A program made the position numbers and the translations under genes. This document shows, one piece after another, positions 12,321 through 24,310 of a stretch of 64,000 bases of DNA; position 1 is the stretch's first letter, and each line of letters begins with the position of its first letter. This DNA is from Podarcis cretensis (taxonomy: Eukaryota). The stretch is from positions 48,174,001 to 48,238,000 of the forward strand of contig OX638150.1 in NCBI GenBank assembly GCA_951804945.1, read 5' to 3'. Below the pieces are notes generated by a model. It saw nothing but the letters and a program-made list of their open reading frames with translations, did no database searches and was not told the DNA's origin.

Positions 12321-13689
12321 CAAGAACTAACTTAGTTGGTCTTTAAGGTGCTACTGGAAGGAATTTTTTTATTTTGTTCAGAACCAGGGAGGAGATACAA
12401 TTAATTTAATGGAGAGTTCAAACTAGCTCAAAATGGATATGTTACATGCAGTATCTATATGTAACATAAAAAATCAAGGTGTTCAAGCTTTTGATAATTA
12501 TAGATTAGATTATTTGCACACAACACTGAATACAGGTTTCAGACACTTATGAAATCAACAAAATTATTCTAACTTGAACTCTTTGAACTTTTAATTTATT
12601 ATTAAAGACGGAAGTAGAATCTTGCCTTCTGAACAAATGCTATCCTGCTAAATTATTGTCATCCTTTGAATCATTTACTCTTGTTGTTCTTGTGCCCACA
12701 AGTTCCAGTTAGGATCTTCTGCAGCATGTTTCTTAATGTTTCTGGCATATCCTGCTGTTATGATATGACTCATGCTGTGCATGAAGCCAGCTGCTATACT
12801 TGGTTGCCTCCTTAATGCGCTGGTACCCACTTTGTTTTCAACAACTGTAATCCAGACAGTGAACCTATCAGAGTAAGAAAGAAAACTTTTTTTGTTTTGT
12901 TACCTTGAATTACCCACTAATTGGGGGTGGAGGATTGCTTAATTTTTGGCATCAGTACTGTTGCCTGGCAGCATAAATGCTAGTTACACATAATTTTGCA
13001 GAATGCTTTAGGAAATTAATAAGAAAGACGTGACTTCAGTAAAACATATTAATTCTATTTATAACTGACAGAACTGCTGCTCGGTAATGGGAGTTCAGTA
13101 CAATACAGAGAAGTCCAGAATAAGTATTTCAGTTAATAACAGAATATATGAATGGTCATCTCAAGACAAATGGGATATGTTGCTAGTGTTGAGTAGAATA
13201 CATATACTGGTACGTTTCTGAAACTGGTTGAACAGCATGATTTTATCAAGCAGCTGTAGGTATTATGGTGTGGTAGCAACTGAAGTAGCATTTATTATTA
13301 AGCAAATTCATTTATTAACTTATTATTTAAATGAGATAATAAATTGGAGTGTTATCCTTCAAAGCTTTAGGGTTGATTGCACAATTTTTTCCCCGAATGC
13401 ATATACCGTAAATAGACAAGCTCCTTGAATGAAACTATAAAGTTAAAATAACATTTGGCAAAACTATTCCTTATAAACCTATAGAAGTCATTTTTTAAAG
13501 GACACGGTCCCTCCCTATATTTGAAATTGGAAGACAATGGTTATGCACAGTTATTTGAGCTTGAAAATGTTTTATTAAAATATAGAACAATGGATAACTG
13601 TGTACAAGCTATAACTGGATGAGTGAGCAACATGTTCCTGCATGCTGCCAAATAACTCTCACTGTGCTTCTCCCCTTTCATGAGCAAAA

Positions 13690-13865
13690 ACAACAGACCA
13701 CGAATCTGGATTTACCATGACATCCAAGCCAGCACTTGTGGTTTATTTTCCCTAAACAAACCACAGTTGGGAAGCCAAGAACAAACCTTAGCTTCATATT
13801 GTAGTTTGTTTGGAGAGAAACAAGCCATGAGCTCCTGTTCAGACGTCACAGTAAGCCAAGGTTTA
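13690..13865. mobile_element. Old palindromic MITE-like repeat
   Basis: Imperfect inverted arms ttgtggtttattttccctaaacaaaccacagt and attgtagtttgtttggagagaaacaagccatga; boundaries approximate. Confidence 0.5.
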
Positions 13866-14330
13866 TAGATGGTTGCTCTCACTCATACTAGAGGAGGCAC
13901 ACAGTGGAACTGATTCGGCAGAATGCACTAGCAAGCTGATTATGGAATGTCCGTGGCTGCGATGTCGCCCGATTGTGCCTGTAATAACTTGTTTCTAGCA
14001 GGCTGCATGGATTTCTTATATCCCCTTGTTTTTATATACGTGTTTGATGTGTTTCTGTTTTTACATGAAAAGTTCAGATTTTATTTGAAAACAGATAAAC
14101 ACATAATTATTAATTGCTAAAATAAATCCTCTATATCAAATCAGTACAAGATTTTCATGTGATAAAAAGAAGTGATAAGTTGCCCTTCCTATTAAAACAC
14201 AGCACAAGGATCTTATTCCAGTGTTGGAATGTATGGAGTTCATAGAGCATGTAAAATTATTATTTTAAACTCTTAACTAAATAGAGAAGCAAATGATTGT
14301 ATTGTATGGTACTGACATCTCTTCTGTATA

Positions 14331-14556
14331 CAGTGGTACCTCTGGTTAAGAACTTAATTTGTTCCGGAGGTCCGTTCTTAACCTGAAACTGTTCTTAACC
14401 TGAGACACCACTTTAGCTAATGGGGCCTCCTGCTGCCACTGCACTGCCGTAGTGCAGTTTCTGTTCTCATCCTGAAGCAAAGTTCTTAACCTGAGATACT
14501 ATTTCTGGGTTAGCAGCGTCTGTAACCTGAAGCGTCTGTAACCTAAGGTACCACTG
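14331..14556 (+). mobile_element. Tc1/mariner (Tigger/pogo-like) MITE, family A
   Basis: TIRs CAGTGGTACCT and AGGTACCACTG, TA TSD on both sides; homologous to 37368-37599 and 61164-61405. Confidence 0.93.
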
Positions 14557-17340
14557 TAAATCTAGAAATTGTGTGATGTCCAATAAACTGACAGCTTAAA
14601 AATAATTTAATATTTTGTTATCAATATGTAATATTAGGGAATGGTTCTCCAATTTTAGAACTTGAAGATGGCTAGCTCTTTTACATTAATAATTGCCCAG
14701 AAAATTAAAGGGCAGAATAGAAAGCTGCTTCCACTGGTGTCTTCTATAACTTACCATTGACATCACTAGATATAGATTTAAGTTCATTACAGAGGTGAGG
14801 AGTTTTTTTTAAGACAGAAGGATAGACATTCCCTGTGTGCTAAAATAATAATTGAATGCTTTCTGAACCCTTGCAATTTTCTTCTTTCAATGTTTCAATA
14901 TATTATTTACAATTAAATTATTCTAAAATATAGGATATGCAGTTCTGAGAAAAATCCCCCCAGTATGAATATAAATGAAGAATTGTGTCTACAAATTATC
15001 ATATGGATTATTTACTAAGACAGTGAGAAAGCCTGCTTAGTCAGAGCTGTTTTTACAGTACGTAACTGAAAAAAGTATATGATTGTAGTTCAGTGGTGTA
15101 CACTGGACAACCAAAGAGACTATACTGTATTCAGTTTGCAATGGTATTTCTTCCCCCTTAGTCCAGTCTCACTTCCAGAACTCTTTGTGGCAACAAAACT
15201 GCAGATTTAGTTTCTGTAGCTTTGATACCTGCATGCCCAGTTCTTGTAGATACTTTTCAATTCATGGAGCTCAGGGATATGGACAGGATTCTTGGAGGCT
15301 TACTTCATGCATTCTCAACAATAGTCCTTATTGGTTTAGAAAAGTGGGAATAGCTGTGGTCAATGTTACTCTAAGAGAGGAAGCTGTTTTATCAGGCCTA
15401 AAATAAGCAGTGGCAAGGCTGTTGTTAAAGAAAAACCTTAATGGCTGGGGCAGCACATCCCATTTCGCTGCTTGAGGTGAAATGGGAAGTGCTGCCCTGC
15501 TACTGTCTCCTGTGCTACCTCTGCTGGTGGAGAAGTGCTGCAGGCATTTATACTAATTTTGGGTGAGATCACGGCAATATCACATGAGATTTCACACTCT
15601 CAAGAACTCATGTGTTTTTGGTGAGATCTTGCTGGAAATATCTGTCAATTCTGGCACCACTTTTCCTCCAGTGACAAAGACAGGGCAGATGGAGCACAAC
15701 TTCGGCTAACCTTTGTTGATGGATCACGAGAAGATTGGCAGTGTTTTGAGAGACTCTAATTGTCAAATTCTGTCTGGATCAGAGTTTCTGTGATTTTAGA
15801 ACAGGAATACTGTTGGCCACTCATTGGTTTATTTTGGGACTGGGAAGAGTTAGATGTCCTCCTGGTGCCACAACACAGTAAGCAGATTTTAGTATTCACC
15901 TTCATATAAGAAAACATTGTGGCACAGACACAAGCCCTGCCCACAATGTACCAAGTACCATTGTCTCATATTCAAACCTTCATTAAATTAATTCAAAGGT
16001 CTGAAGGAGGTTTCCAAGAATGTTCTCCTAAACACGCTTACAAATCTTCCCTTGATTGGGAGTACTGTCTAATTGGAACATGCTTAGAAACCCTCTTCAG
16101 ACCTTTGTGCAGAAATCTAAAGATGAGGCTGCACACCTGGAAATGTTAGGGGCAGGTCTTGCATGCTGCCACTCCCCATGCCCCAGTTTAACATTTCACC
16201 TGAACATGCCTTGTTGCTCCTTCCTTGAACCAGAAACACAAGGACTGCAAGCTTTCACTCTTCTAACCTTCAAGACATATCTTTCTCAATAAATCCAAAA
16301 TATATTCTACTCCACAAAAATATTGACTATCTGACCCATATGTACATGTATGTCACAGAGCAATTTGAATATTTTTGAACACTTGAGGACTGCCTTCTTC
16401 ATATATTCTTCTCCACAAGATCCATTCAACATCTAAGCCTTGCTCCAGGTTGCTACACTTCAAATTAATCATGTTGTTTTTCATTAAAGATTTAAGGATT
16501 GTTCTTCAGTAGATTTCAGGCAAAGGTCCAGATTGTGACTCTGGTAGGGAGAGGAATTTGGAGACTTTAATCCTTTGGTTGCCACTGAAGTCCTGATCAG
16601 TGCTGCAGGCATACCTCCTACTTGAAGGCTCTACTGGGAAGGCTCCCACTGAAATTAATAGGAGTTTCCTCCCCCATGCTGAACTACAGTGGGGCACAAA
16701 GGTTTAATTGTCCCAACCCCTATGCCAGAGTCCCATTCCAAATCAAGCAACCGATCTGGCTGTTTGTAGAAGAACAAGTTCAAACATTGTGATTACTATA
16801 TAATGTATTGTTGGACCTAGGGTGTGGACACATTTTAGATTTCCTTGCTGACATCAAGTTATGATACGTTGACCAAATCTAAAACATACATTGTTATGTG
16901 TGAATAATATTGATTATCATGGTCATTTCTGTTATCCCCAGTGCAATCTCTGAATATACTATGTGAAGGAAACAATAATACATACTTATTTCTTATGAGA
17001 GTATCTGGATTTCTGCTTTTACAATACAGTTTCATTTCTATCCTTTTAGTGCTCCTCATAATCTCTCTTGAAGTATCCTCATTAGTGTGCACAGCCTCAG
17101 AATCCTTTTTGACCTCTCTAGTGGTATTGGTATTCTTACAGACATTGTGAATTCATTTAATATTGGAGAGCCATGGCCTTTGTTCAAAAGAGAAAAGGCC
17201 TATATGCAATCCTAAGCATCATAGCTATTGAGTATCTTCCTTTTCCTGTATAAAAATGGTTTAGAGCATATTTATCCCTGTTCAAGAACAACAGCTGCTT
17301 GCGGCTGTAGGATCAAACCAGCAGTGTGGATGTTAAGCTG

Positions 17341-17344
<4 letters not shown>

Positions 17345-17411
<67 letters not shown>
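17345..17411. repeat. Compound (AT)n(AC)n microsatellite
   Basis: Read directly from the sequence. Confidence 0.98.
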
Positions 17412-17415
<4 letters not shown>

Positions 17416-20400
17416 AAAATAAAAAAAAATTCTGGCACCATTTTATTATTTCCATGGCGATCTTTAGCTCTCCTGAATACTCAAGGGGGGGAGGAGGCTT
17501 TGTTATTTTAAAAGCAACTAGGATTTTGGTAATTAAAATGGGTAGATAGAGCAATAGTTCTAAATTTTGCCAACTGTAATGCATATGGATGACTATGGAA
17601 GCTAAGGAGGAATGTCATTTTTGGCATTACTCTTCTTGTAATGAAGAAAGGTTGGAAACTGGAACAAAATCTGGACATTTTGAAGCTGATGTCTTCCTAT
17701 GGTTGTAGAGAAAAGTCATACAAGTTCTCATTATTTCTGCTGGGGGTGGGGCAAAGAAATTTTCTGGGGTTTTTTAGTTTAACTTCCCTGGAAAACTAAA
17801 GCTGCATAACAGCCACAGATTGTGCCCTTTGAGGAGTGAGTAAATGTATGTTTTCTGTCAACATGATTGTAGCTCTTTAATGTCATAATCCTCCTTTGTA
17901 TGTGGCATTTGTGATATTTAACTATTATTCATCTGACCTTTGCAGCGCTTAACAAATTACGACTATTCTGTCCCAAATTCTTGTACACAAAGCTCAGGAG
18001 AGCAGATGGCATCAAGAAACCCTATTCAATACAAGCTGTAGTTAGCCCTTTCTTCAAGCTGCATCCTACTTATCACTTTGCTGAATGCATATCATGCTGA
18101 GTTCTGGATGGTTGGCAAAACAGCATCCACTACAGCCTTCTTTTGCAGCCTAACTCACTGCAGCTGAAACAAGATGTGGTGTGGGCCTTCCATCAAAGAA
18201 TGGTTTGCTCTGATGTTGAAGCCAAAATCAGAGTTTTTGATATCCTTACTACTTTGTTCTCTTAGCAGTAGTTCATACCTCGTAACTTCTCACAGACTTG
18301 GGAGTTCAGAGGGCAACAACTCTCTGCCAGTTACTCATATGCATGAATGTCCTCGGTCTTGTTCTCAGTTTACAAGCCATTGTAGGTCAGTTCCCACTGG
18401 TTAGGATGGTAGTAGCAATAGCACTGATTGACAAGTAATATAACTGCAAGTACTTGGCAATCAATATTTATCTTGGTTATAGGAGAAAATACAGATAAAC
18501 CGATGGAGATGCTAGCTTTGGATGCCTCACCAAATGCATCACAGTGTCAGCGAGGAGGGGAAGGGAAGGAGGCAGTGCATCCATCCTATTTTAGAGTCAC
18601 ATGTTGGGATCTGGAGCCAAGCCTTGGGCTTACACATCCTCTTTCAGCAAATAAAGAACCAGAGTCACATACATATGTAGGTCCTTATTCTTAGTTCATC
18701 TATCATGTGTGATTAGGAAAGATATTGTGGCTTATATGTTAACCTGCTGTAAGTATATTGAATTTATAAATCGTCTTTTCTGATTAAATTGGAAAGTACA
18801 TATATCTGCAGGAGGAAGTGGGAAAAGAGCACTCATCTTCCTACATCCTCTTTCACCTTTATGTGTTTTTTTCAGATGTGGGGAGGTAGTCACATTCACC
18901 ACCTCATGATGGAGAGGGCAATGCAGGCCATGTGAGCATCAGGGGGACTCCTTGAGGGTGCCATTGTACCCAGGGCACCACGTTTAGTGACCCCAGTTAT
19001 AGGTGATGGAAGAAAGTTTAACTTCTGCTGCAACAGCAGACCGGCAAGTGCTCCCCCTAATTTCTCCAAAGGAATAACTGCATTACAAGATCCATGTGAG
19101 CTTTTAGTCATTGTAAGAGGCAATATATTTTGCTACAATGTTGTTGTCCCAAGTTTCGATTAATGGTGAGATATTTTAAAAGTCACTGTTTATAGAACTA
19201 TTATGTAGTGGATCATCAGTAACTGGTACATTGAATTTACATCTTTAGATGTTCTGGTATTTGCTTGAACACACAGTGCCTTAAACAATGGACAGGGGTT
19301 CCATGTAGGGGCCATCCGCAACACCTCTCACATCACAGGCTCCTCTTGAGATCTTTGTACTATGTCTGATGAGGTTTTATAAGTATGTACTGTCAAATAC
19401 ACTTAGAAGCTTCTCAATAATTGGGAATCCTTATTAGACAGGACTACTGTTTGCAGGGAGGTTTGTAAGTCCAACAGAATATGCATAAGAACCTCTTCAG
19501 TCAGCAGCCCACATCACAGACAAGCATATCCATGCCCCTTTACATGGTTTAGCCCTTTGCATGTTCAGGCAAACATCTGTATATGCCATTTGTCTTTATA
19601 TGTTTCTTCAGAGCAATGTAAAAACGGTATGGCAGAAATGGTGAATATTGGTAATGTAACTCTGGTTGCAACCAAAGGGCATACTGTACACATAAAAAGG
19701 GTAAATTAAGATGGTAGTGGAGCTGCAGCCCTGAAATTTATGCATTAATCAGTCCTGCTTCCACCCTGCATACATTCAGAATTGACTGATCAAGTTTTGT
19801 ATCGCAACAGGGGTATTCTGAAAAAAAAGTTTTTCATATTGTGGGAAATTGACGACTTTGTGCATATCCAGGCACACCCAGAAATGCCAACTCTGTTTGT
19901 GTGTGAGTTAGTGGACTGACTACAAATAATTCATTTCCACATTGGACCAGGAATGGGGATGTTATTGACTTGTCTTTTTTAAGAACGGTTCAGTAAATTA
20001 CACAATCTGCTACGACAGTCATTGCTCATTTTTTATTTCCTTGGATCACCACTACCCCTGTTCTGCATCTACTGGCGTAAGCAAAGTGTACATAAAGCTG
20101 GGATTAACTTGTGACATTTGAATTACCTTTATTCCACAGTCTGCTAAGTGAGGTAGAGTGTCCAGCATCACATTACATGATGATGGAAAAGTCAAGATGG
20201 TATTCTATTGGACAGTCTGATAACATTGACTTTTGCAGCTTCATTGCATGGTCCACTGAAGGAAGAAATGGAATGACAGACTAGACTGTGAAAGAAAAGG
20301 GTGGGTATAGGCTGCTGTGCATGTGAAATGAATCTATCAGCTCCCCCATTTCAAACCCTCTGATAACTATATAAGAGATGGGATAACTGCACATATTTCT

Positions 20401-21989
20401 TTACGTGGAGTCAGTGTTCTTTAAACTTTGATGATATTTGAGTTGGAAGTGGATACTTCCAGGATTGATTTTTTTTAGGCTATAGTGAAGCCCTCTTATT
20501 CTCCAAGGGGGAAAAGTGGGATCTAAATATATTTACCGGTTCTTCCAGAAGAGAGCTCTTATTTATTTGGTTATGAACCAATCATTTAAGAAAATATTTT
20601 TAGCTTTCTTCTGTTTCTTTTATATATATCATTCTGGCTCTACTTGATATGAGAACTGCAAATAACCTAAATTAGTCTTGTAGCATTTATATCTTGTTAG
20701 GCTTCCTGCTTCAGAAAATATGCAGGGGAAAATGATTATATGTGGTATTCATCTAGAGGTTGATGAGTTTTTTATAATTACGAAGGTAGACATAATGAGA
20801 TGAAAACATCTCTTTCTTTAGGCTCCCTGTGGAATTCCTACCTTTCACGTTGCTGTGTTGGGTTAACTATTTTCTGCCCAAGAAGCTGCCAGCATCAGTA
20901 AAATAGGTTTGCTATAGTATTTGGTTTTCCTGTCTTTGACTGCTACACCACGGCATCTAAGGAATTAACTGGCAAAACTGCTATTAGTATTTGTGGGAAT
21001 AGGTAACTGCTTGACTCCCACAGGTACATGGGTGGGCAATTACACCCTTTCCTATCTAATGTATTATGACAAATCTGTGCTCAGTGCAATTACTAATTCA
21101 ACATTATTTAACTCATCTCTCTCCCTCCCCCATTTTGCACTTTCATATGTATTGAATTATGTTCTATATCCATTTACTTCTGAAGCACACAGCACTCTTC
21201 AGTGTGATTTGGAATAAGATCTTGATTTTAGGTCTTTCAATAAAGTGTTTCCTTTTTGTAGGAATGGATGCTACTAATTTTTTTAAAAAATCATGCTATA
21301 CAGATAAAGGGAATCTACTCATTCAATAAGGTCTGAGCCCATTAAACAATTTTGGAAGTTCTTTCTAATATTTAGTGAATACTATAAAGCATTTTGCCAG
21401 AGAATCTCTGAAGTACATAGTAGTTCAATTTATCATTTCCTGTGCACTGAGCAGCTTTAGAAGGAATCTATAAGAGCAGGGATATGAATCTTGAATATTT
21501 GATAAGCAGGGTTGAAACAATGTCCTTGATCTCAGTGTGTGGGTAGATTATAAATCAGTCTATGATTTAGTTTAAGGTGATAACATTTCTTAAAACCACA
21601 TTCTTACAGTTTTTCTCAATTAATAAGATAGTATATAACATTTGCTGACAAATATTGTTCATTGCATTGTGTCTTAGGTTGCCTTTAATATCCTTCACTG
21701 CAGTAAATAGTAAATGCATTCTATATATTCCATGCTGATAGTTCAGCCTTTCCAACTCTTACATGCAAATCCTATTGCAATTGGGCATAGATCTGCATTT
21801 GTCTGACATTTTTTTGTTTCTGTTGGCCAGTTTTTCCTCTTTGAATGAATACTTCAGTGGGCAGAGAAATGTACTCTAATATTTTATTACTTCTTATAGT
21901 TTTGAAATTGTAGTGTTTTTAATGTTTGAATCTTGTTCACTGCCTTGAGTGCTTTTTTGTGGGTGTCTATGTTATAAATATCTTCTGCC

Positions 21990-22382
21990 AGGAAGTTCCA
22001 CAATGTAGAGCCTACCACACTAAAGGCTTGGTCCCCAGCAAAGGCCTCCTCGGCTTTGGAACAACCAGAAGTGCCACATCAGAGGATCTCAGTGATGAAA
22101 GTAGAACATAAAGAATTAGGTGCTCCTTAACATACTTTGGTCCCAAGTTATTTAGGGCTAAAATTCACACAATAACCTTGAACTTGACCTGGTAGCAAAT
22201 TGCAATCAGTACGGCTCTCTCAGCAGAGGGGTAACATTTGCCAGTAACCTGCTCCCATGAGCAGTCTGGTTGCTGCATACTGCATAGTTGCAGCTTCCAG
22301 ACCAGATACAAGGGCAGCCCCGCATACAATACATTACAGTAATAAAGTCATGAGGTTACCAATGCATGGGCCACTGTGGCCT
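21990..22382 (-). mobile_element. Decayed L2-clade LINE, ORF2 C-terminal fragment
   Basis: The minus strand translates to ATVAHALVTS*LYYCNVLYAGLPLYLVWKLQL, matching the L2 'HALVTSRLDYCN.LY.GLP....KLQLVQN' motif; contains a stop and frameshifts. Confidence 0.8.
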
Positions 22383-22779
22383 CAATAAACTAGTTTTAAA
22401 TGGGAACTTGCCTGGTCTACCAGGTGCTAGAGTGCGGGGCGAGGGGGAGTCAAAGCTGTGGCTACATATCTCTGCCCTATATCAAGGAAAGCATATATCA
22501 AGGAAAGTGGCTGTTGTATTGCTTAATATGTCTAGGTGATTGTCTTTAAGAAGTTTAATTCCTATAGCTTCCATGTTGATGAATAATATTTAGGATTTAT
22601 ATAAGGATTTTCCCTGAATACTCAAAACAGTTCACGTATGCATTATGTTGATAATTCTTAGAATAAGGATGCCAATAAAGGGGAGTTATCTAAGGCAACC
22701 CACTGATCTCAATTCTGACTCAAGATTAGATTTGAACGGAGGGTTCCCTGCTCATGCTGTTAGCTACTGAATTCTAAAG

Positions 22780-22900
22780 CAGAAATGGGGCACCTGCGAC
22801 CCTTCAGTGGTTGTTGGACTACAATTTCCATCAGCCCCAAGCAACATGGCCAAGGATCAAGGATGATGCGAATTGTCATTTGACAACACCCCCATCCCTG
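22780..22900. mobile_element. Short hAT-type MITE with internal palindrome (internally deleted)
   Basis: Termini CAGAAATGGGG and CCCCATCCCTG; TSD TTCTAAAG (22772-79) / TTCTAACG (22901-08); related to 49859-49985. Confidence 0.75.
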
Positions 22901-23957
22901 TTCTAACGAGATTGGTGAGTCTGTCTTATAAGTCCCCATTAACAATTGCTAATATGGAAGTCTCATGTAAAATAATTGTGCATAAAGACATGGTAGCTCA
23001 CATAACAAGTTTTCAAGTTCCCAATTCTGTAAGTGCAGCAATTAAGCGCACTGAAATGTTATTGCTTCTTCCATACGATAGCCTCTGGTAAGGAGGATGA
23101 AATGGGGAAAGTATGGCACATGACAAATGAACGGAATCCTTAAGGTACTTTGACAAAATTAGAGGCTTTAGTTTAAGTATAGCCCCGCACCTTTGCTTTG
23201 GGTCATTAATGGCTTGATTCTCCTTCCCTCAGTAAGTGATGCTGCTTCAGTAGACGCAGGACCAGCCCTTGATAATACAGTATATGTAATGCAGAGTAAT
23301 ATCCCAGTCTGCATAAGGATAGCAACAGAAGGATGCAAAAGCAGTCTTCCATGCATGTATCCCTTGCTGGATCAGGTGCTGCAGATGAAAACAAGTTATT
23401 GACCTTCACTATGATCCTGTCAATTGGATGTACATATAGTTATCCTATTTTCATTGATAGCTGTGCATAATTACTCAAAACTAGAGCTGTACTGGGATGT
23501 TGTCAGATAAGGCTACCAGCCAGTTTAAAATATAGTTCAATTTTCCAGTGGTAATACCTCCTGGAGCTTTCTAGGAACTAAAATATTTTTTTCACATTTT
23601 GCTAATTTGCCCGAAGTGCAGCTTTATAACATTAACTGTTAATTGAAATAGTGGAATTTGATAAGAGTGCATTTGTTGAATGTTATGACTCTTCTATTCC
23701 CTGTTTAAAATATAGAATAATTATTGGCCATTTGTATCCAATGCCTAGACTGATGTATTTTTTCTTCTCACTTATCCCATATGTTTAGGATTCATAACAT
23801 TTTGAGTGTTCCCAACACTTTTTTAAAAATCAGGTTATAAGTAAAGTTCTTACATCTCATGTAAACCACCTTCTTTCAGTGGAAATGATTTAATGTGCAC
23901 TTCCTTATATTTGAATGTTCCAAATGTATATTTATTCCAATGGCCTTTTATCTAAAC

Positions 23958-24310
23958 CACGGGTGTCAAACACAAGGCCCGCGGGCCGAATACGGCCCGC
24001 CAGACCTCGTCATGTGGCCCGTGTAGCCGCCGCCGGCCGCCAGCCTTCACCTTTTATTCTCGCTTCTTTTTTTTTTTGACACAAGAAAGCCGCCTCTTCA
24101 GCGCATACGCGGCAGCCTACAAGCCAGAGAACGTCTGCCCTCTAGCGGTGCCGGCCGTTCTACACAGGAAACTTCCACTTTACATTCATTCAGGAAACCT
24201 CCACTTGTTTTTATATTGAGCGCATATTGAGTCCTATAGATACAACCGGCCCTTTGAGGGTGACCAAACTGCTGATGCGGCCCCCGATGAATTTGAGTTT
24301 GACACCCCTG
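23958..24310. mobile_element. Young non-autonomous hAT/Charlie element
   Basis: TIRs CACGGGTGTCAAAC and GTTTGACACCCCTG; perfect 8-bp TSD ATCTAAAC (23950-57, 24311-18); CpG-rich with subterminal GGCCC repeats. Confidence 0.93.
24135..24148 (-). promoter_or_regulatory. CTCF core motif match inside the hAT element
   Basis: The minus strand reads CCGCTAGAGGGCAG, matching the CTCF core CC(A/G)(C/G)YAGR(G/T)GGC(A/G)(G/C). Binding is not shown. Confidence 0.5.

Larger units (their letters stand above)
12134..12378. mobile_element. Penelope-like element (PLE) terminal-repeat fragment inserted as an inverted fold-back
   Basis: Perfect 98-bp inverted arms 12171-12268 and 12281-12378; 13-bp TSD CAGAACCAGGGAG at 12121-12133 and 12379-12391. 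Carries a minimal hammerhead motif; both that motif and inverted ends are established PLE traits. Confidence 0.85.

Noticed and set aside
22478-22507. Short tandem duplication TATATCAAGGAAAG (similar cases near 35582 and 47085)
   Set aside because: Ordinary local slippage duplications.
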